Shown here: piece by piece, positions 29,218 to 39,862 of the stretch | Layout of the letters: every line of letters starts with the position of its first letter | Position numbering within the stretch: position 1 is the stretch's first letter | Assembly (NCBI GenBank): GCA_021151535.1 | Contig: JAGKXC010000003.1 | Coordinates: forward strand, 1 to 62,388 | Source: Sphingobacteriia bacterium | Lineage (GTDB): Bacteria; Bacteroidota; Bacteroidia; NS11-12g; UBA955 | Reading direction: 5' to 3' | DNA: 62,388 nucleotides | The notes under the pieces: model-generated | Databases searched by the model: none | Seen by the model: only the letters and a program-made list of their open reading frames with translations | What the model was told of the DNA's origin: nothing | Translations under genes and position numbers: made by a program

Positions 29218-31440
29218 ATGCAACAGCAACCAGCTACCATTGATCAGGCCAAGCAATTAGGATTGCTTGAAGAGGAGTATCACAAGATTTGTAACATTTT
29301 AAATCGCGAGCCCAACTTTACTGAGATTTCAATTTTCTCTGTAATGTGGAGCGAACACTGTAGTTATAAGAACTCCATCGTTTGGTTAAAAACTTTGCCA
29401 AAAGAAGGTTCTAAAATGTTGGCCATGGCAGGTGAAGAAAATGCTGGTTTAGTAGATATTGGAGATGGATTGGCTTGTTGCTTTAAAATTGAAAGTCATA
29501 ACCACCCTAGCGCCATTGAACCTTATCAAGGGGCGGCAACAGGTGTTGGTGGAATTAACAGGGATATTTTTTCGATGGGTGCCAGACCTATCGCCCAATT
29601 AAATTCTTTGCGTTTTGGAAATATTGAAACAGATCGCACAAAATGGTTGCTTAAAGGTGTTGTAAAAGGCATCGGCGATTATGGAAATGCATTTGGTATT
29701 CCAACTGTTGGTGGAGAGGTGTATTTTGATGATTGCTATGAGCAAAATAACTTGGTAAATGCCATGAGTGTGGGTATTGTTGAGGCAGGAAAAAGCGTTT
29801 CTGCGGCTGCTGGTCCTCCAGGTAATCCTGTTTATATTTTTGGATCTGCAACTGGTAAAGACGGTATCCATGGAGCTGCATTTGCATCAAAGGATATGAG
29901 TGAGGATTCAATCCAAGATTTACCTTCTGTGCAAGTGGGCGATCCATTCTGGGAGAAGTTGATTTTGGAAGCTTCGATGGAAATTATCCAAACGGGGGCT
30001 GTTGTGGGTATGCAAGATATGGGTGCTGCGGGCATCACATGTTCTACCTCAGAAATGAGTGCCAAAACAGGTGTGGGTATGGATGTTTGGTTGGATAAAG
30101 TGCCAATGCGTCAGAATGATATGAAAGCATGGGAACTTTTGTTGAGCGAGAGCCAAGAGCGTATGCTGGTAATCGTAAACAAGGGCCAAGAAAAAGAAGT
30201 AGAAGCAATTTTTGAAAAGTGGGATTTGACTTACGAACAGATTGGTATCGTAACTGATTCGGGCAACGTTCGATATTACATGAATGGTGTTTTAGAAGCC
30301 GATATTCCAGCAGAATGTTTGGTTTTGGGTGGCGGTGCACCGGTCTATCACAGAACATGGAAAGAGCCTGAGTATATGAAGGAAATCGCCAAGTTCAACA
30401 TTAATAATATTGCAGATCTTTCAATGGAAGAAGCGAAATCTGTTGCTTTGAAATTGTCGGCTGAGCCCAATATCGCTTCAAAACGTTGGGTTTATGAGCA
30501 ATATGATTCCATGGTGGGAACCATTAATGAATCTACCAATTTGCCATCGGATGCTGCCGTTGTGAAAGTGATGGGAACCAATAAGAGTTTGGCGTTAACT
30601 GTGGATTGTAATTCGCGTTATATCTATGCCAACCCCAATAAAGGTACCCAAATTGCAGTGGCTGAAGCAGCTAGAAATATTCGTTGTACGGGCGGTGTTC
30701 CAACCGCAATTACCAATTGTTTGAACTTTGGTAACCCTTACAATGAAGAGGTGTATTACCAGTTTAAGAACGCAATCGAAGGTATGGGTGTAGCTTGTAG
30801 AAAGTTTGATACACCTGTTACCGGCGGAAACGTGAGTTTCTATAACCAAAGTACAAATGGATTGGCCGTTTATCCAACACCAACTATCGGTATGGTGGGC
30901 GTGATTGAAAATCCAGAACACCGAATGTCGTTGAATTTCAAAAACGCGGGCGATGCGATTGTGCTTTTGGGAAAACCAGAAAACGATCTTGGAAGTTCAC
31001 AATATGTTTCAAAATTGAAAGGTGTAAGCCATTCTACTTGTCCTGAATTTGATTTAGACAAGGAATACCAATTGCATATGGTATTGGAAGAACTCTCTCA
31101 ATGTGGTTGCGCATCGAGCGTGCATGATATCAGTGAAGGTGGATTGTTTATAGCATGTTTAGAAAGTGCGATGGCAGGCAAATTAGGCTTTGATATTTGT
31201 ACTGATGCGAACTACCGTTTGGATGCATATCTGTTTGGTGAATCTCAAAGTCGTGTAGTGGTTAGTGTTTCTGAGCAAAACTTGGAGGCCGTTTTAGCAT
31301 TAGCGGTAAAACATGGAATTGAGGCCATTAGAATTGGTACTGTAACCGAATCAGGAGTAGTAGTAAACGGCGCAGATTGGGGTTCTATGGACACATTTGC
31401 GAATCCTTATGACAACACGTTACATAGCTATTTAGCTTAA
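29218..31440 (+). CDS. purL: Phosphoribosylformylglycinamidine synthase subunit PurL
   Basis: MWSEHCSYKNS, KIESHNHPS, GAATGVGGINRDI, QVGDPF, QDMGAAG, SESQERM, LNFGNP, GGNVSFYN. ATG 29218 follows TACTTTTG. Confidence 0.97.
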   Translation: MQQQPATIDQAKQLGLLEEEYHKICNILNREPNFTEISIFSVMWSEHCSYKNSIVWLKTLPKEGSKMLAMAGEENAGLVDIGDGLACCFKIESHNHPSAIEPYQGAATGVGGINRDIFSMGARPIAQLNSLRFGNIETDRTKWLLKGVVKGIGDYGNAFGIPTVGGEVYFDDCYEQNNLVNAMSVGIVEAGKSVSAAAGPPGNPVYIFGSATGKDGIHGAAFASKDMSEDSIQDLPSVQVGDPFWEKLILEASMEIIQTGAVVGMQDMGAAGITCSTSEMSAKTGVGMDVWLDKVPMRQNDMKAWELLLSESQERMLVIVNKGQEKEVEAIFEKWDLTYEQIGIVTDSGNVRYYMNGVLEADIPAECLVLGGGAPVYHRTWKEPEYMKEIAKFNINNIADLSMEEAKSVALKLSAEPNIASKRWVYEQYDSMVGTINESTNLPSDAAVVKVMGTNKSLALTVDCNSRYIYANPNKGTQIAVAEAARNIRCTGGVPTAITNCLNFGNPYNEEVYYQFKNAIEGMGVACRKFDTPVTGGNVSFYNQSTNGLAVYPTPTIGMVGVIENPEHRMSLNFKNAGDAIVLLGKPENDLGSSQYVSKLKGVSHSTCPEFDLDKEYQLHMVLEELSQCGCASSVHDISEGGLFIACLESAMAGKLGFDICTDANYRLDAYLFGESQSRVVVSVSEQNLEAVLALAVKHGIEAIRIGTVTESGVVVNGADWGSMDTFANPYDNTLHSYLA

Positions 31441-31472
31441 TAATTTTGGGGTATTTCCTGTAACTTGCGAAT

Positions 31473-32636
31473 ATGCAGGAAGTATCTTCACATACTTTTA
31501 GTTATTGGGAAAAGCAATACCTTGCTCATACACATTGGCTAATTGTTGGAGCGGGATTGGTAGGTTTGCAATCGGCGATAGCGTTAAAGGAGCAATTTCC
31601 CAACAAGCGAATTTTGGTAATAGATGAGAAAGCGTTAGGCAATGCGGCAAGTTTTCGCAATGCAGGTTTTGCATGTTTTGGGAGTGCGGGGGAATTGATA
31701 GATGAAATGCGAAGAACCTCTGCCGATGAAGCCCTGAAATTATATGAAAGGCGTTATTTAGGCATTCAAAAGTTGATTCAGAATTTTGGTAAGGAAGCCA
31801 TTGGTTTTGAAGCAACAGGCGGTTACGAGGTTTTTACGGAATCGGAAGCGGATAAATTTTCGGATATTTCAGCGCAGTTGATGGGTTTAAACCAGCAGTT
31901 GCAGGCTATTCATGGAAATGCAAATACCTTTCAGTTAAAGGAGATTGGAAGCACAGGCATGCGCGCCTTGCCTACAGCGGTTTTTGCAGCGGAGGAAGGT
32001 CCTATTCAAACTCATTTGTTGTATAAGGCGGTTAGAGAAAAGGCTGCCAAAGTTGGAGTGGAAATTCTTGAGGGATATACCGTTGCAGCCATAGACGACA
32101 AAGTTGGGGGAGTGAGTATTTGGCTGAGCGATGCCCTAGAAATCCAATGTGATTTTGTGTTGGTGGCAACCAATGGGTTTAGCAAACGTTTGATGCCAGA
32201 AGTGGCGGTGAGTCCGGCTCGCGGACAGGTTTTTATCACCGAACCATTGCCCTATCAGCCATTGAATGGAATTTATCACGCCGATGATGGATATATTTAT
32301 TTTCGTTCTTTAGGCGATAGGATTTTGATTGGCGGAGGAAGGAATCAGGCTTTTGCTGCTGAAGAAACCATGCAAATGCACAATACAGAATTAATCCGCA
32401 ATTATATCCATCAGTATGTATCTGAAGTGATTTTACCTCATCGCCCGAAAGATAATCCGGTAAAATTCGAGTATCAATGGGCCGGGATTATGGGGATGAA
32501 TGAGAATCGAAATCCGATTATTCAATTTCATAGTTCACGCATTTTGCTGGCAATCAGAATGGGTGGAATGGGTGTGGCATTGAGTTCTTGGGTTGCAGAG
32601 GAAGTCATGAAGCAGGTAAAAGAAATAGTGATTTAA
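31473..32636 (+). CDS. FAD-dependent oxidoreductase (DAO/PuuB-like)
   Basis: IVGAGLVG Rossmann motif, ASFRNAGFACFGS, VATNG, PARGQV, GYIYFR, WAGIMG, MGGMGVA. Confidence 0.88.
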   Translation: MQEVSSHTFSYWEKQYLAHTHWLIVGAGLVGLQSAIALKEQFPNKRILVIDEKALGNAASFRNAGFACFGSAGELIDEMRRTSADEALKLYERRYLGIQKLIQNFGKEAIGFEATGGYEVFTESEADKFSDISAQLMGLNQQLQAIHGNANTFQLKEIGSTGMRALPTAVFAAEEGPIQTHLLYKAVREKAAKVGVEILEGYTVAAIDDKVGGVSIWLSDALEIQCDFVLVATNGFSKRLMPEVAVSPARGQVFITEPLPYQPLNGIYHADDGYIYFRSLGDRILIGGGRNQAFAAEETMQMHNTELIRNYIHQYVSEVILPHRPKDNPVKFEYQWAGIMGMNENRNPIIQFHSSRILLAIRMGGMGVALSSWVAEEVMKQVKEIVI

Positions 32637-32670
32637 CGGGGATAAATATAATTGTAAATTTACAGTCGAA

Positions 32671-34275
32671 ATGGTAAGCAACGATCAAGTACTTAAGGCG
32701 TTGGGTTTGTACGCGAAATTGGCGGAATTGCATGGCGAGAATGAATTTAAAATTCGCGCATACAATACGGCGGCATTCAATTTGAAAAAAATAAGAGAGC
32801 CATTTGGGGAATTGGGCGATGCGGAATGGAAAAAAGTTCCAGGAGTGAATAAATCGGTATTGGATGCGATAGGAGAGATGCTGCGAACCGATACTTTCTC
32901 AGCTTTACAGGAAATGTTAGAGAAAACACCTCCTGGTGTTGTTGAATTGTTTCAGGTAAAGGGCTTGGGGCCCAAAAAAGTATCCATTATTTGGCATCAA
33001 TTGGGAATTGAAACGTTGGATGCCTTGTTTAATGCTTGCAGGGAAAACCGGCTTGTTGAGGTGAAGGGATTTGGGGTGAAAACCCAGCAGGAAATCCTTC
33101 AGAATATGGAGTTTATGTTGGCAGCAAAGGGGAAATGGCATTATGCCAAATTAGAGCCTTTGAAGCTGGCGTTGAAGGAGTTGATGGAGCACCAATATCC
33201 AGGTGTAAAATACGCTTGGGTTGGTGAGGTTGCTAGATGCTGTGAAGTGATAGAGAATCCGGCAATTATTGTTGATGCGCAAATTGAATTAACGGAGCTG
33301 TTTGATGGTTGGAATTTGCAAGTGGAGGTGGTGAGTTCAAAGGATTTCGAGCGATTGAGTTTTGAGAAATCGGCTACTGATAAACATTTGGAAGTAATTG
33401 GTTATCAAGGTGAGGTAGATTGGAAAGGGGATGAAATGGTAACTTATCAATCATTGGGATTGCCTTATGTGATTGCAGAAATGCGTGAACCGGAGGTAGA
33501 GAAATACCAGTTTTTATCGCCCGAAAAAATTATTGCCTATAATGATATCAAAGGTACTTTGCATAACCACACCACTTACTCGGATGGATTAAACACATTG
33601 GTTGAAATGGCCGATTACGCCAGGAATTTGGGACTTGAATATTTAGGTGTTTGCGATCATTCCCAATCTGCAACGTATGCCAATGGTTTGAGAGAAGATA
33701 GGCTGCTACAACAAATGGATGAAATTGCAGCTTATAACGAGGCTATGGCCAAGGCAGGATTGAGTTTTCGGATATTTTCTGGGATTGAAAGTGATATTTT
33801 GGGCAACGGCGATTTGGATTATCCAGATGAAATTCTAGCTCAATTGGATTTGGTGGTGGCCAGTATCCACTCTAATTTGGGGATGACGGAGGAGAAGGCA
33901 ATGTCGCGATTGATTGCGGCGATCGAGAATCCCTACACTACAATTTTGGGGCATCCCACGGGTAGATTGTTGCTGTTGCGAAATGGCTATCCAATTAACC
34001 ATAAGAAGATTATCGATGCTTGTGTTGCCAACGGTGTGGTAATTGAGTTGAATGCGAATCCATATAGGTTAGACATGGATTGGCGCCATTTATTTTATGC
34101 CATTGAACGCGATGCATTGATTTCGATTAATCCCGATGCGCATCAGTTGCAAGGTTATCACGACATGGAATTTGGAACTTTGGCGGCTAGGAAGGCAGGG
34201 GTGCCAACGGGCAATGTGTTGAATACGTTCTCAGTTAGTGAAATTTCGCGCTATTTTAGGGATAGGAAAATTTAA
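32671..34275 (+). CDS. polX: Family X DNA polymerase / PHP 3'-5' exonuclease, non-canonical polymerase site
   Basis: GENEFKIRAY; HhH motifs VKGLGPKK and VKGFGVKT; PHP motifs LHNHTTYSDG, CDHS, GIESDI, ASIHS, GHPTGR, INPDAH. Confidence 0.9.
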   Translation: MVSNDQVLKALGLYAKLAELHGENEFKIRAYNTAAFNLKKIREPFGELGDAEWKKVPGVNKSVLDAIGEMLRTDTFSALQEMLEKTPPGVVELFQVKGLGPKKVSIIWHQLGIETLDALFNACRENRLVEVKGFGVKTQQEILQNMEFMLAAKGKWHYAKLEPLKLALKELMEHQYPGVKYAWVGEVARCCEVIENPAIIVDAQIELTELFDGWNLQVEVVSSKDFERLSFEKSATDKHLEVIGYQGEVDWKGDEMVTYQSLGLPYVIAEMREPEVEKYQFLSPEKIIAYNDIKGTLHNHTTYSDGLNTLVEMADYARNLGLEYLGVCDHSQSATYANGLREDRLLQQMDEIAAYNEAMAKAGLSFRIFSGIESDILGNGDLDYPDEILAQLDLVVASIHSNLGMTEEKAMSRLIAAIENPYTTILGHPTGRLLLLRNGYPINHKKIIDACVANGVVIELNANPYRLDMDWRHLFYAIERDALISINPDAHQLQGYHDMEFGTLAARKAGVPTGNVLNTFSVSEISRYFRDRKI

Positions 34276-34295
34276 TAGAATTGGAGTTGCTTGCG

Positions 34296-35360
34296 ATGAA
34301 AACCCTTTTAATACTTCGATTTAGTTCCATTGGTGATATTGTTTTAACCACTTCTGTATTGAGGCGGTTGAAGGAGGATTATCCGGGGGTGAAACTGGTT
34401 TTTGTGACAAAGCATTCCTTTGTAGGGTTGTTGCCAGATGGCGTTGAGGTGATAGGATTTACTGGGTTTAATAGCGATTTTGTTGCCCGGTTGCGCGGTG
34501 TGAAAGCGGATGCTATTTTGGATTTACATGCGAATTTGCGCACTCGCTTTATTAAGTTAATGCTTTGGAATATCCCAAGTTTTAGTTTGAATAAGCAGCG
34601 TTTCGGGCGATGGTTGTTTTTGAAAACAGATAGGCATTGGATTCCATTGAAGCACGTTGTGTATCGATATCATGAAACAGTTGAGCCTTTATTGAAATAC
34701 TGGTCTGGGGAGGACTATGCGATTGGTAAGGTTGAACAGGAAAGGCATGATGCTGAGGTCGTTGCTAATTTAGGGCGAAGAGCGGCTTTGTGGATGAGTT
34801 CACTTGCGGTGAAGAATTTGGTTTTTGCCAAATTTGGAATATCGCCAAAAAAATATGGTGTTTTGCATCTTTCAGCTACATATAATACAAAGCGGATTCC
34901 CGATTTTATCTGGGAATATATTATTGAAAATAGAACAGAGCATTTGATATTATTGGGCGGCAAAGAGGATGTTGACCGAGCAAATCGATTGGTTGCAAGT
35001 GCTAAGATTTCGGACTGGAGTATTTTGAGTGTTGTTGGCGAGACGACTTTGCAAGAATCTATGAAAATTGTAGAAGAAGCGGACTGGTTTGTTGGAGGCG
35101 ATACAGGATTTACCCATATTGCAACAGCCTATCAAGTTCCAGTACTCCTTGTCTGGGGAAATACGAGCCCAGATTTGGGCTTTTCGCCATGGACAGGCTC
35201 AAATTCTCTTGTTTATTCTATGCAGGTAGAAGAATTATCCTGTAATCCATGTTCTAGGCTTGGATATGATTCTTGTCCTAAAAAACATTTCAATTGCATG
35301 ATGCTTCAAGATTTGCGAAAAATGGATTCTTATTTGCAAAAAATGCGAAACAATGATTGA
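34296..35360 (+). CDS. Glycosyltransferase family 9 (ADP-heptose:LPS heptosyltransferase-like)
   Basis: LILRFSSIGDIVLT, LDLHANLR, GDTGFTHIA, WGNT, CNPCSRLG...CPKKHFNCM. Confidence 0.9.
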   Translation: MKTLLILRFSSIGDIVLTTSVLRRLKEDYPGVKLVFVTKHSFVGLLPDGVEVIGFTGFNSDFVARLRGVKADAILDLHANLRTRFIKLMLWNIPSFSLNKQRFGRWLFLKTDRHWIPLKHVVYRYHETVEPLLKYWSGEDYAIGKVEQERHDAEVVANLGRRAALWMSSLAVKNLVFAKFGISPKKYGVLHLSATYNTKRIPDFIWEYIIENRTEHLILLGGKEDVDRANRLVASAKISDWSILSVVGETTLQESMKIVEEADWFVGGDTGFTHIATAYQVPVLLVWGNTSPDLGFSPWTGSNSLVYSMQVEELSCNPCSRLGYDSCPKKHFNCMMLQDLRKMDSYLQKMRNND

Positions 35361-35447
35361 AATTGTTTTTGCATAAAATATACTTGAATATACTGGTTTT
35401 TTTTGCTTATTTTCGCGACCCTTACTAGATATTTTTGATATAAATCA

Positions 35448-38423
35448 ATGAAAACCAATAAAACAACATTAGTCTTTTCGATTGTATTGGCAATCGCCTG
35501 TTTGTTCCAGTTGTCATTCACCTGGAAATCGCAACAGTTTGAAAAAGAAGCACATGCGTATGCTAAGAAGGCTGCAGAAAAGGGTGGAAATGAGAAAGAA
35601 GCTTATGTTCACTATTTAGACAGTTTGGGTAACGCTGAAATTTACAGCATTGGTATTGCTGGATTCACTTATTACGAGTGTAAACAGAAGGAAGTAAACC
35701 TTGGTTTGGACTTACGTGGTGGAATGAACGTAATCTTAGAAGTAGACAAAGGAGCCGTTGTAAAGGTATTGTCTAACGATGGCACCGACAAAGACATGAA
35801 TGCTGCGATTAATGCTGCGAATGCTGATGTTAGGGATAGAGGCTTGGATTTCGTAGATGCCTTTGTTGCAAACTTCAAGAAAATTGCGCCTAATCGTAAA
35901 TTGGTTAATTTATTTGCCAAAGGAAACAGAGGAACAATTCAAAGTACTAGCAGCGAAGATCAAGTGGTAAATTATATCCGTGAGGAAACGAATAATGCTG
36001 TAAACTTGGTTTATGAAGTTGTAGAAAAGCGTATCAACCAATCAAACGTAACCCAACCAACCATTAATATTATTGATGGAGGTAGAATTAGTGTTGAATT
36101 ACCAGGTGTAGACAACCCACGTAGAATGGAAGACTTGATTGAAAAGAGTGCCAAATTGGAATTCTACGAGGTTTATGGTAATAATGGTAAAAGAATGGAT
36201 GGCAAAAGAATTTATGACGCGTTGATTCGTGCTTCTGCTTTGGCTGCAGTTGCAACAAAGCCAGAAGTAGCAGATACAACTGCTTCATCCGATTCTGCCT
36301 CAACAGTTGCATCCGTGGCTGTAGATTCTAATAAAACTGAAACTTCTAAAGTAGTTGATAATAAAGCTGGCAACAGTCTATCTAAAATACTAACTCCATT
36401 CGGTCAGAACGGTATGGGTGCTTCTATTTGTGTGGTTAAAAAATCAAACCGTGCAACTTTAGAAAAAATGTTGAGTACAGATGCTCGTTTGATGGAAGTT
36501 TTGGCAACTGAAAATGCAAAAGTTGCATTTAGCGCAAAGCCAAGAGATTATGATGCAAGTGGTCAACCTGTTGCAAATGCCGATGAATATTTTGTGTATT
36601 TCCTGAAAATGGATAGAGATGGCAAGGCTGCTTTGGCTGCTGAGGAAGAAAACATCATTAACGATGCGCGTGTGAATACTTCCCAAACAGGTGAGTTGGA
36701 AGTTTCTATGGAAATGACTAGTGAAGCTGCTACACAATGGGCTCAAATCACTGGATCAAACGTGGGTAATTATATAGCAATTGTATTGGATAACAGAGTT
36801 TACTCTGCTCCGGTTGTAAATGGAAAGATTCCTGGTGGACAAAGCAATATTACAGGTAATTTTGATATTCGTGAAGCAAATGACTTAGCGAATGTATTGA
36901 AAGCAGGTAAATTGCCAGCTCCTGCAAAAATTGTTGCAAGTGAACAAGTGGGTGCTACTTTGGGTGATGAAGCAAAGTCAAAAGGTTTAATGTCTTTGAT
37001 TTTTGGTTTCTTGTCTACGATTTTATTCATGGTTTTGTATTACAACCGAGCTGGTTGGATTGCGATTGTTGCCGTATTTGGTAACGTTTTCTTGATCTTT
37101 GGTACATTGTCAAGTTTGGGTGCGGCATTAACACTTCCTGGTATCGCTGGTATCATCTTAACAGTGGGTATGGCGGTAGACGCTAACGTGTTGATTTATG
37201 AAAGAATCAAGGATGAATTGCTTTTAGGTAAAGGTATTAAAACGGCTATTGATTTAGGTTTCAAACACGCTTTAGGTGCAATCTTAGATTCAAACGTAAC
37301 TACTTTATTGGCAGGTGTAATTTTAACATTCGCAGGTGCGGGTCCAACTTATGGTTTCGCAGTGATTTTGGTAATTGGTATTTTCAGTTCAATGTACACC
37401 GCGTTGTTTATTACTAGAATGATGTTGGAAAGAAGAGCTGAAAGAGGTTTAGATACCAAATTTGGTTTTGATTGGAACAAGAACTTCTTAAAGGGTAAAA
37501 ATATTGATTTCGTATCTCGTAGAAAAGTTTACTATTTGATTTCATCTCCTATCATCTTGGCAGGTATTATTTCTTTTGCCATGAAGGGTGGATTGAGCAC
37601 TGGTATCGATTTTAAAGGTGGTAACTCATTTGTAATAAAGTTTGATAAAACAGCTAATTATACTGGTGATCAAATTAAGCACACTTTGGATGAAGCTTTC
37701 AAAGGAAGTGCGAATGAAGTAAAAACATACGGTGAAGAAGGTCAGTTTAGAATTGTAACAACTTATAAATTGTCTTCAGATAGCAAAGAAGGTAGAGATT
37801 CAGTTAAAGCTGATGTTTTGGGTGCTTTGAAAGGATTCAAAATGGTTGGCGATGATCCAGTTGTTCGTTCTCAAAGAGTAGGAGCTTCAATCGCAACTTC
37901 AACTAGAGATAAAAGTGCTTTCTTGGTATTGCTTACCGTAATAGGTATGTTTATATACATCGTATTCCGATTCAGAAGCGTTGCTTATGGTTTGGGTGCA
38001 ACAATAGCATTGATTCACGATATTGTATTTGTATTGGCAGTTTTCTCAATTTTGGATGGTATTGTTCCATTCCCATTGGAATTCGACCAGCACTTAATTG
38101 CAGCATTGTTAACCTTGTTAGGTTACTCAATGAACGATACGGTAATTGTATTTGACCGTATTCGTGAGTTCTTGGCAGAAAAGCGTGGCGATATGAACGA
38201 TGCTCACACAATTAATTCGGCGATCAATGAAACATTGTCTCGTACTATTATTACTGCTTCTACAGTATTCTTGGTAGTATTAATATTATTCTTGTTCGGG
38301 GGTGATGCATTGAAAGGTTTCTCACTAGCAATGTTGATTGGTGTTATTGTAGGTACTTATTCTTCAATTTGTATCGCTACACCAGTGGTAATTGACTTTG
38401 CTTCTAAAAAGAAACAGAAATAA
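35448..38423 (+). CDS. secDF: Protein translocase subunit SecDF (fused)
   Basis: LGLDLRGG, VELPGV, IAIVLDNRVYSAP, LTLPGIAG, GMAVDANVLIYERI, GIDFKGG, GYSMNDTVIVFDRIRE, TLSRT. Confidence 0.97.
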   Translation: MKTNKTTLVFSIVLAIACLFQLSFTWKSQQFEKEAHAYAKKAAEKGGNEKEAYVHYLDSLGNAEIYSIGIAGFTYYECKQKEVNLGLDLRGGMNVILEVDKGAVVKVLSNDGTDKDMNAAINAANADVRDRGLDFVDAFVANFKKIAPNRKLVNLFAKGNRGTIQSTSSEDQVVNYIREETNNAVNLVYEVVEKRINQSNVTQPTINIIDGGRISVELPGVDNPRRMEDLIEKSAKLEFYEVYGNNGKRMDGKRIYDALIRASALAAVATKPEVADTTASSDSASTVASVAVDSNKTETSKVVDNKAGNSLSKILTPFGQNGMGASICVVKKSNRATLEKMLSTDARLMEVLATENAKVAFSAKPRDYDASGQPVANADEYFVYFLKMDRDGKAALAAEEENIINDARVNTSQTGELEVSMEMTSEAATQWAQITGSNVGNYIAIVLDNRVYSAPVVNGKIPGGQSNITGNFDIREANDLANVLKAGKLPAPAKIVASEQVGATLGDEAKSKGLMSLIFGFLSTILFMVLYYNRAGWIAIVAVFGNVFLIFGTLSSLGAALTLPGIAGIILTVGMAVDANVLIYERIKDELLLGKGIKTAIDLGFKHALGAILDSNVTTLLAGVILTFAGAGPTYGFAVILVIGIFSSMYTALFITRMMLERRAERGLDTKFGFDWNKNFLKGKNIDFVSRRKVYYLISSPIILAGIISFAMKGGLSTGIDFKGGNSFVIKFDKTANYTGDQIKHTLDEAFKGSANEVKTYGEEGQFRIVTTYKLSSDSKEGRDSVKADVLGALKGFKMVGDDPVVRSQRVGASIATSTRDKSAFLVLLTVIGMFIYIVFRFRSVAYGLGATIALIHDIVFVLAVFSILDGIVPFPLEFDQHLIAALLTLLGYSMNDTVIVFDRIREFLAEKRGDMNDAHTINSAINETLSRTIITASTVFLVVLILFLFGGDALKGFSLAMLIGVIVGTYSSICIATPVVIDFASKKKQK

Positions 38424-38445
38424 AATTTAACACTTCGAAATATCG

Positions 38446-38480
38446 AAAAGCGGAGTGATTATTCACTCCGCTTTTTTTTT
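38446..38480 (+). terminator. Rho-independent terminator after secDF
   Basis: AAAAGCGGAGTGA-ttat-TCACTCCGCTTTTTTTTT. Confidence 0.9.
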
Positions 38481-38515
38481 ACCCCATATTTAAAATAGAA
38501 TTTGAAATTAATTAT

Positions 38516-39739
38516 ATGAGAACCCAATACCCTTTGAGTAATGAATTAATGGAGCAAATTGCAGGTGAATTTGGAACTCCCGTTTACGTGTATCATGGTG
38601 AAACTATTGAACAACAGTACAACCGTTTGAAAAATGCTTTTCCTGGTGTAAAAGTGAAATTACATTATGCCTTGAAAGCACTAAATAATATTAATATCCT
38701 TAAACTACTTAAGAAACAAGGAGCAGGTTTGGATGCTGTTTCTATTCAGGAAGTGCATCTGGGAATTCGCGCTGGCTATTCACCCCAAGAAATTATGTTT
38801 ACGCCTAATTGTGTGGACTTTGAAGAAATTCAAGAAGCGGTTGCCTTGGGCGTACATATTAATATTGATAACATTTCCGTATTAGAGCGATTTGGGGCTG
38901 AATATGGAAATTCGATTCCTGTTTGTATTCGTTTAAATCCACATATAATGGCCGGCGGACATTCACATATCTCAGTTGGTCATATTGATTCAAAATTCGG
39001 AATTTCGATATATCAGTTGCGTCATGTTGTTAGGGTTGTTGATAGTCTTAACATTCATGTAAACGGACTTCATATGCACACAGGAAGTGATATTTTAGAT
39101 GCAGATGTTTTTTTGCAAGGTGCGGAGTTGTTGTTTGATGCCGCGAGATCTTTCCCCAATTTGGATTTCATGGATTTCGGCTCTGGATTTAAAGTTGGAT
39201 ATAAGCCTGATGATAATGTTACAGATATCGAACAAATTGGATCTAAAATAGCGAAAGCATTTATCACATTTTGTGAAGAGTATGGAAGAGAACTTGAATT
39301 GTGGTTTGAGCCAGGTAAATTCATTGTAAGTCAATCGGGATCTCTGTTGGTAAAAGCCAATGTTATTAAACAAACCACTTCAACAGTGTTTGTGGGAGTG
39401 AATAGTGGTCAGAATCATTTGATTCGTCCTATGTTCTACGATGCATATCACCATATCGAGAATATCTCGAATCCTGATGGAAATGAGCGTTTATATTCGG
39501 TTGTTGGTTATATATGCGAAACAGATACATTGGGCTATGACAGGAAATTAAATGAAGTTAGGGAAGGAGATATATTAAGAATTGCCAATGCCGGCGCTTA
39601 TGGAATTACAATGAGTAATAATTATAATGCTCGATTACGTCCTGCAGAAGTACTTGTTATGAACGGAGAAGCTCGTATGATCCGCAGAAGAGAAACATTA
39701 GAAGATATTGTAAGAACAGAAATAGATTTGGGCGATTAA
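38516..39739 (+). CDS. lysA: Diaminopimelate decarboxylase
   Basis: GTPVYVY, HYALKA (PLP lysine), SKFG, HMHTGS, FEPGKF, IRPMFY, VVGYICETD, AGAYG, YNARLRPAEV. Confidence 0.96.
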   Translation: MRTQYPLSNELMEQIAGEFGTPVYVYHGETIEQQYNRLKNAFPGVKVKLHYALKALNNINILKLLKKQGAGLDAVSIQEVHLGIRAGYSPQEIMFTPNCVDFEEIQEAVALGVHINIDNISVLERFGAEYGNSIPVCIRLNPHIMAGGHSHISVGHIDSKFGISIYQLRHVVRVVDSLNIHVNGLHMHTGSDILDADVFLQGAELLFDAARSFPNLDFMDFGSGFKVGYKPDDNVTDIEQIGSKIAKAFITFCEEYGRELELWFEPGKFIVSQSGSLLVKANVIKQTTSTVFVGVNSGQNHLIRPMFYDAYHHIENISNPDGNERLYSVVGYICETDTLGYDRKLNEVREGDILRIANAGAYGITMSNNYNARLRPAEVLVMNGEARMIRRRETLEDIVRTEIDLGD

Positions 39740-39799
39740 TTTCTGAAATAACTTCATTAGCCTATTCAGATAGTTTAATTTTGATTTGGGAATGATCGT

Positions 39800-39839
39800 A
39801 TAAAATAAAAGGGACCCCTAAGAGTCCCTTTTATTTTAT
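39800..39839. terminator. Bidirectional intrinsic terminator between lysA and the SusC/D cluster
   Basis: ATAAAATAAAAGGGAC-ccctaaga-GTCCCTTTTATTTTAT between convergent genes. Confidence 0.88.
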
Positions 39840-39862
39840 CAAGTCTTTCTAAAACGTGAAAT

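Noticed and set aside
35448-38423. SecD-SecF fusion
   Set aside because: Standard in Bacteroidota.
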